A stretch of DNA of 64,000 bases, taken from Bacillota bacterium (GTDB taxonomy: Bacteria; Bacillota; Halanaerobiia; B1SED10-174). This document shows, in pieces, positions 61,782-64,000 of this stretch. The stretch lies in assembly GCA_007122335.1 (NCBI GenBank), contig SKTZ01000014.1, forward strand, positions 6,170 to 70,169, read 5' to 3'. Numbering within the stretch: the stretch's first letter is position 1; the number at the start of each line of letters is the position of its first letter. The notes under the pieces are model-generated. The model searched no databases and had not been told where the DNA came from. It saw only the letters and a list, made by a program, of their open reading frames with translations. The position numbers and the translations under genes were made by a program.

Positions 61782-64000
61782 TTATTTACCGCGGTAACGG
61801 GAGGGAATAAGCGTCGAAACACTGGCGGTAGCGACGCCGATTACTGTGTCTGCTCCGCCGTAATAAACCAGAATTTCATCGTCTTCATCCAAGACGTTTT
61901 TGTCAAGGAGGGGGACGGCACCGCAGGTGAAGACCACGTTTGGCACCCAGCTCTCTCCGGAAACGCCTATCTCGTAAGATGTATCCGGTTCCAGGATGGG
62001 ATTGGGAGAGCGGTAGATAAGCTTGGCCGGGTCATCTAAAGAGGTAAGGAAAACACCGAGCCGGTATCGCAACCCGTAGTCCACTCCATGGTAGATATGA
62101 AGCCAGCCGAAGCGGGTTTTCAAAGGCTGGGCACCTGCTCCGATCTTGATCGCATCCCACATCATTCCGGAACGTGAACCCATAATAATCTTGTGGCCTT
62201 CCCGGGGCCATGGGGTGTCGAAGGTGGGAGAGTAAGTTACCCAAATACTGGGAGCGATACGATGGTACATGGCTAACTTACCGTTAAATCTTTCCGGGAA
62301 TAAGACGGCATCCTTATTGGAAAAACCGGGAAAAACCAATCCGTGGCGGTGCCAGTGCTGCCAGCGCTGGTGGATTAGATCGTCCTCGGCGATAGATGCC
62401 AGGGCGATTTGAGGGGTAACTCCGTCGTAGGCGGTGTAAAGCATGTAGATGCGGCCTTCGATAGCGATAAGGCGGGGGTCTTCGCAGCCCATTTTTTCAC
62501 TTTCATGGGCGGGAGCGAAAACCGGTTCGGGCAGCCGTTCGTCCACGCGCAGACCGTTTTTGCTTAAAGCCAGGCCAATACGGGAAATGCCGTCCTCACC
62601 AACAGCCCGGTAGAAGATGTGAACATCCCCATTGACACGAATGGCGCCGCAGTTTAAAACATATTTAGACTCCCAATTACTATCTGCGATTGGGGTTAGG
62701 ATAGGATTGAAATCGGAACGAACCAGTTTGCCCGCGGGAGGTAGTTCTTTGTCCATATTCTGTTCAACAATAACAGCCGCCCTGTCGGAATGGGCTCCAA
62801 GGAGCATCACGGCCAGGTCTTCATTTTCTTTACCTTGTCCCATCAGTTCAGCGATTTTTGGAAAAATGTTTTCGCGTTTTCCTCCCACTTGCTCATAGCA
62901 GCGGTAAAAAAGTTCGGCACTGAACCATCTCCGCTCTACCATGAGGGAAAGGGGGGAAGGTATGCCTTTGCCGCCTTTAAAGCTGTAACTGGCCCAACTC
63001 CACAGGGAGCAGGTGACAAAATGGCCATCAGGAAGGGTTATACCTAAGTGGTATACTGAGGCCATTAGTGCAAGGCGTTTGCGGAACCTTACCGTGTCCG
63101 GGTCTGCAGAGCCCCAGTCCTGATTGGTAATTTCCAGAAGTTTGTCTCTAAGGGTTTGCTGCTGAAGGTTTTCAAAAATACTGTGGGCAGAAAACATGTG
63201 ATAACCCGAGTGCCCTTCAATGGAATTTACCACCTTTTGGCCGAAGTCTTTGCCTGAATTGTTTTTAAAGGATTCCCAGATGACGCCGAACTGCTGTGCG
63301 TCGATGATGTTTTTTAAAATTATGGTCAGGAAACGAGCCTTGGGGAAACTACCGCCGCTCTCCTTACGGAGATAACTGATGACGACACGGCTGGTGAGAT
63401 GGTTCAGGGATGAAGATTCCCGCATGCCTGCTAAGGCGGGGAAATCTAGATAACTGACGAATAAAGGGCGGATGGGGGACAGTTCAAAATGTTCCGGTCG
63501 CAGGTTTTCGCGCAGCCACTCGTTGTTCCAGGCACTGTACCGAGCGGGCTCGGACCAGGTGGAGAGGGCTAGAACATCCAAAGGATTGTGGTTGGCCAGG
63601 AGTTCATCGGTATTGCGGTAACCCCAAAGGGTAATAAGGTTGCGGGGCGGTTGTTTCCGCAGCAGCCGTTCCGCAACTTCTTCTTTCAGAGAGAAGCTGA
63701 TAGGGGTGGGATAGAGATTAAAAATCCTTTCTGCCACCTGTTGAATGCCTGAGCTGGTGTGTAAGTCACCAGGCAAAAGGATAGTGTCCAAACCTTTTTC
63801 TACTTCTTCCATCAGTTCTTTGATGGCCTGGCCTAGCTTTTCAAAGCCGTCCTGGGGAGAAAGGTCTAACTGACGGCGGGCGAAGCCTTCAAACCCTTCT
63901 TTGTATTCTTTCAGCAGTTGTTCGTAGATTTCTGATACCCGGGCGGTTTTGCCTGAGGCTGAACGGACTGTGTGGGGCAGTATGATGGGAACGCCGGGGA
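61782..64000 (-). CDS. large fusion protein: unknown N-terminal domain (at least 490 aa) + C-terminal GH130 domain; 5' end beyond window
   Basis: The ORF track lists 61782-63812, but the same frame stays open (62 more sense codons, no stop) to the window edge, so the true start is upstream of 64000. The C-terminal roughly 300 aa is clearly GH130 (EDPRLIA, YTAYDG, YYGGADTV). The N-terminal region has no family recognised by inspection. Confidence 0.7.
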   Translation of the reverse strand, partial: PGVPIILPHTVRSASGKTARVSEIYEQLLKEYKEGFEGFARRQLDLSPQDGFEKLGQAIKELMEEVEKGLDTILLPGDLHTSSGIQQVAERIFNLYPTPISFSLKEEVAERLLRKQPPRNLITLWGYRNTDELLANHNPLDVLALSTWSEPARYSAWNNEWLRENLRPEHFELSPIRPLFVSYLDFPALAGMRESSSLNHLTSRVVISYLRKESGGSFPKARFLTIILKNIIDAQQFGVIWESFKNNSGKDFGQKVVNSIEGHSGYHMFSAHSIFENLQQQTLRDKLLEITNQDWGSADPDTVRFRKRLALMASVYHLGITLPDGHFVTCSLWSWASYSFKGGKGIPSPLSLMVERRWFSAELFYRCYEQVGGKRENIFPKIAELMGQGKENEDLAVMLLGAHSDRAAVIVEQNMDKELPPAGKLVRSDFNPILTPIADSNWESKYVLNCGAIRVNGDVHIFYRAVGEDGISRIGLALSKNGLRVDERLPEPVFAPAHESEKMGCEDPRLIAIEGRIYMLYTAYDGVTPQIALASIAEDDLIHQRWQHWHRHGLVFPGFSNKDAVLFPERFNGKLAMYHRIAPSIWVTYSPTFDTPWPREGHKIIMGSRSGMMWDAIKIGAGAQPLKTRFGWLHIYHGVDYGLRYRLGVFLTSLDDPAKLIYRSPNPILEPDTSYEIGVSGESWVPNVVFTCGAVPLLDKNVLDEDDEILVYYGGADTVIGVATASVSTLIPSRYRGK

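Overview
This 64 kb window is a chromosomal segment from a Firmicutes (Clostridia-like) genome with Bacillus-type synteny. Almost everything is on the + strand and genes are tightly packed, often overlapping.

Gene order across the window:
- The distal half of the S10-spc-alpha ribosomal super-operon: rplE, zinc-type rpsN, rpsH, rplF, rplR, rpsE, rplO, secY, adk, map, a KOW protein, infA, rpmJ, rpsM, rpsK, rpsD, rpoA and rplQ. There is no rpmD (L30).
- ecfA1-ecfA2-ecfT-truA, then rplM-rpsI behind a sigma-A-like promoter.
- A three-gene operon carrying an AmmeMemoRadiSam system (a LigB/Memo-like::AMMECR1 fusion plus its radical SAM partner) and a P-loop gene resembling cyclic 2,3-diphosphoglycerate synthetase.
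- A divergent aldo/keto reductase, then tdh-kbl, a CPBP-family membrane protease, and cdaA-cdaR(short)-glmM.
- A glmS ribozyme ahead of glmS, then acpS-nnr-alr and an EndoAI/EndoA (MazEF-type) toxin-antitoxin pair.
- An L-asparaginase II-family protein, an M20 amidohydrolase, and tsaE-tsaB-rimI-tsaD.
- A cluster of same-orientation DnaA boxes immediately downstream of tsaD (the Bacillus gcp-ydiF DBC position).
- A DUF512-type radical SAM/PDZ protein, then CIRCE-groES-groEL.
- dcyD-guaA, plsY-yerC, and a DUF3842 / FAD-dehydrogenase / MFS trio.
- A signal-peptide beta-helical membrane protein, tRNA-Pro(CGG) on the minus strand, and a 905-aa secreted zincin + TolB-propeller protein.
- pcrA-ligA-gatCAB-rlmD.
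- After a 770-nt AT-rich spacer, a minus-strand glycan locus: GH130, GT4, and a large unknown-N-domain::GH130 fusion that runs off the window.

No CRISPR arrays, transposases, integrases or rRNA genes were seen.

The most interesting candidates are the AmmeMemoRadiSam + cpgS-like operon, the DnaA-box cluster, the secreted zincin/propeller protein, and the GH130/GT4 locus.
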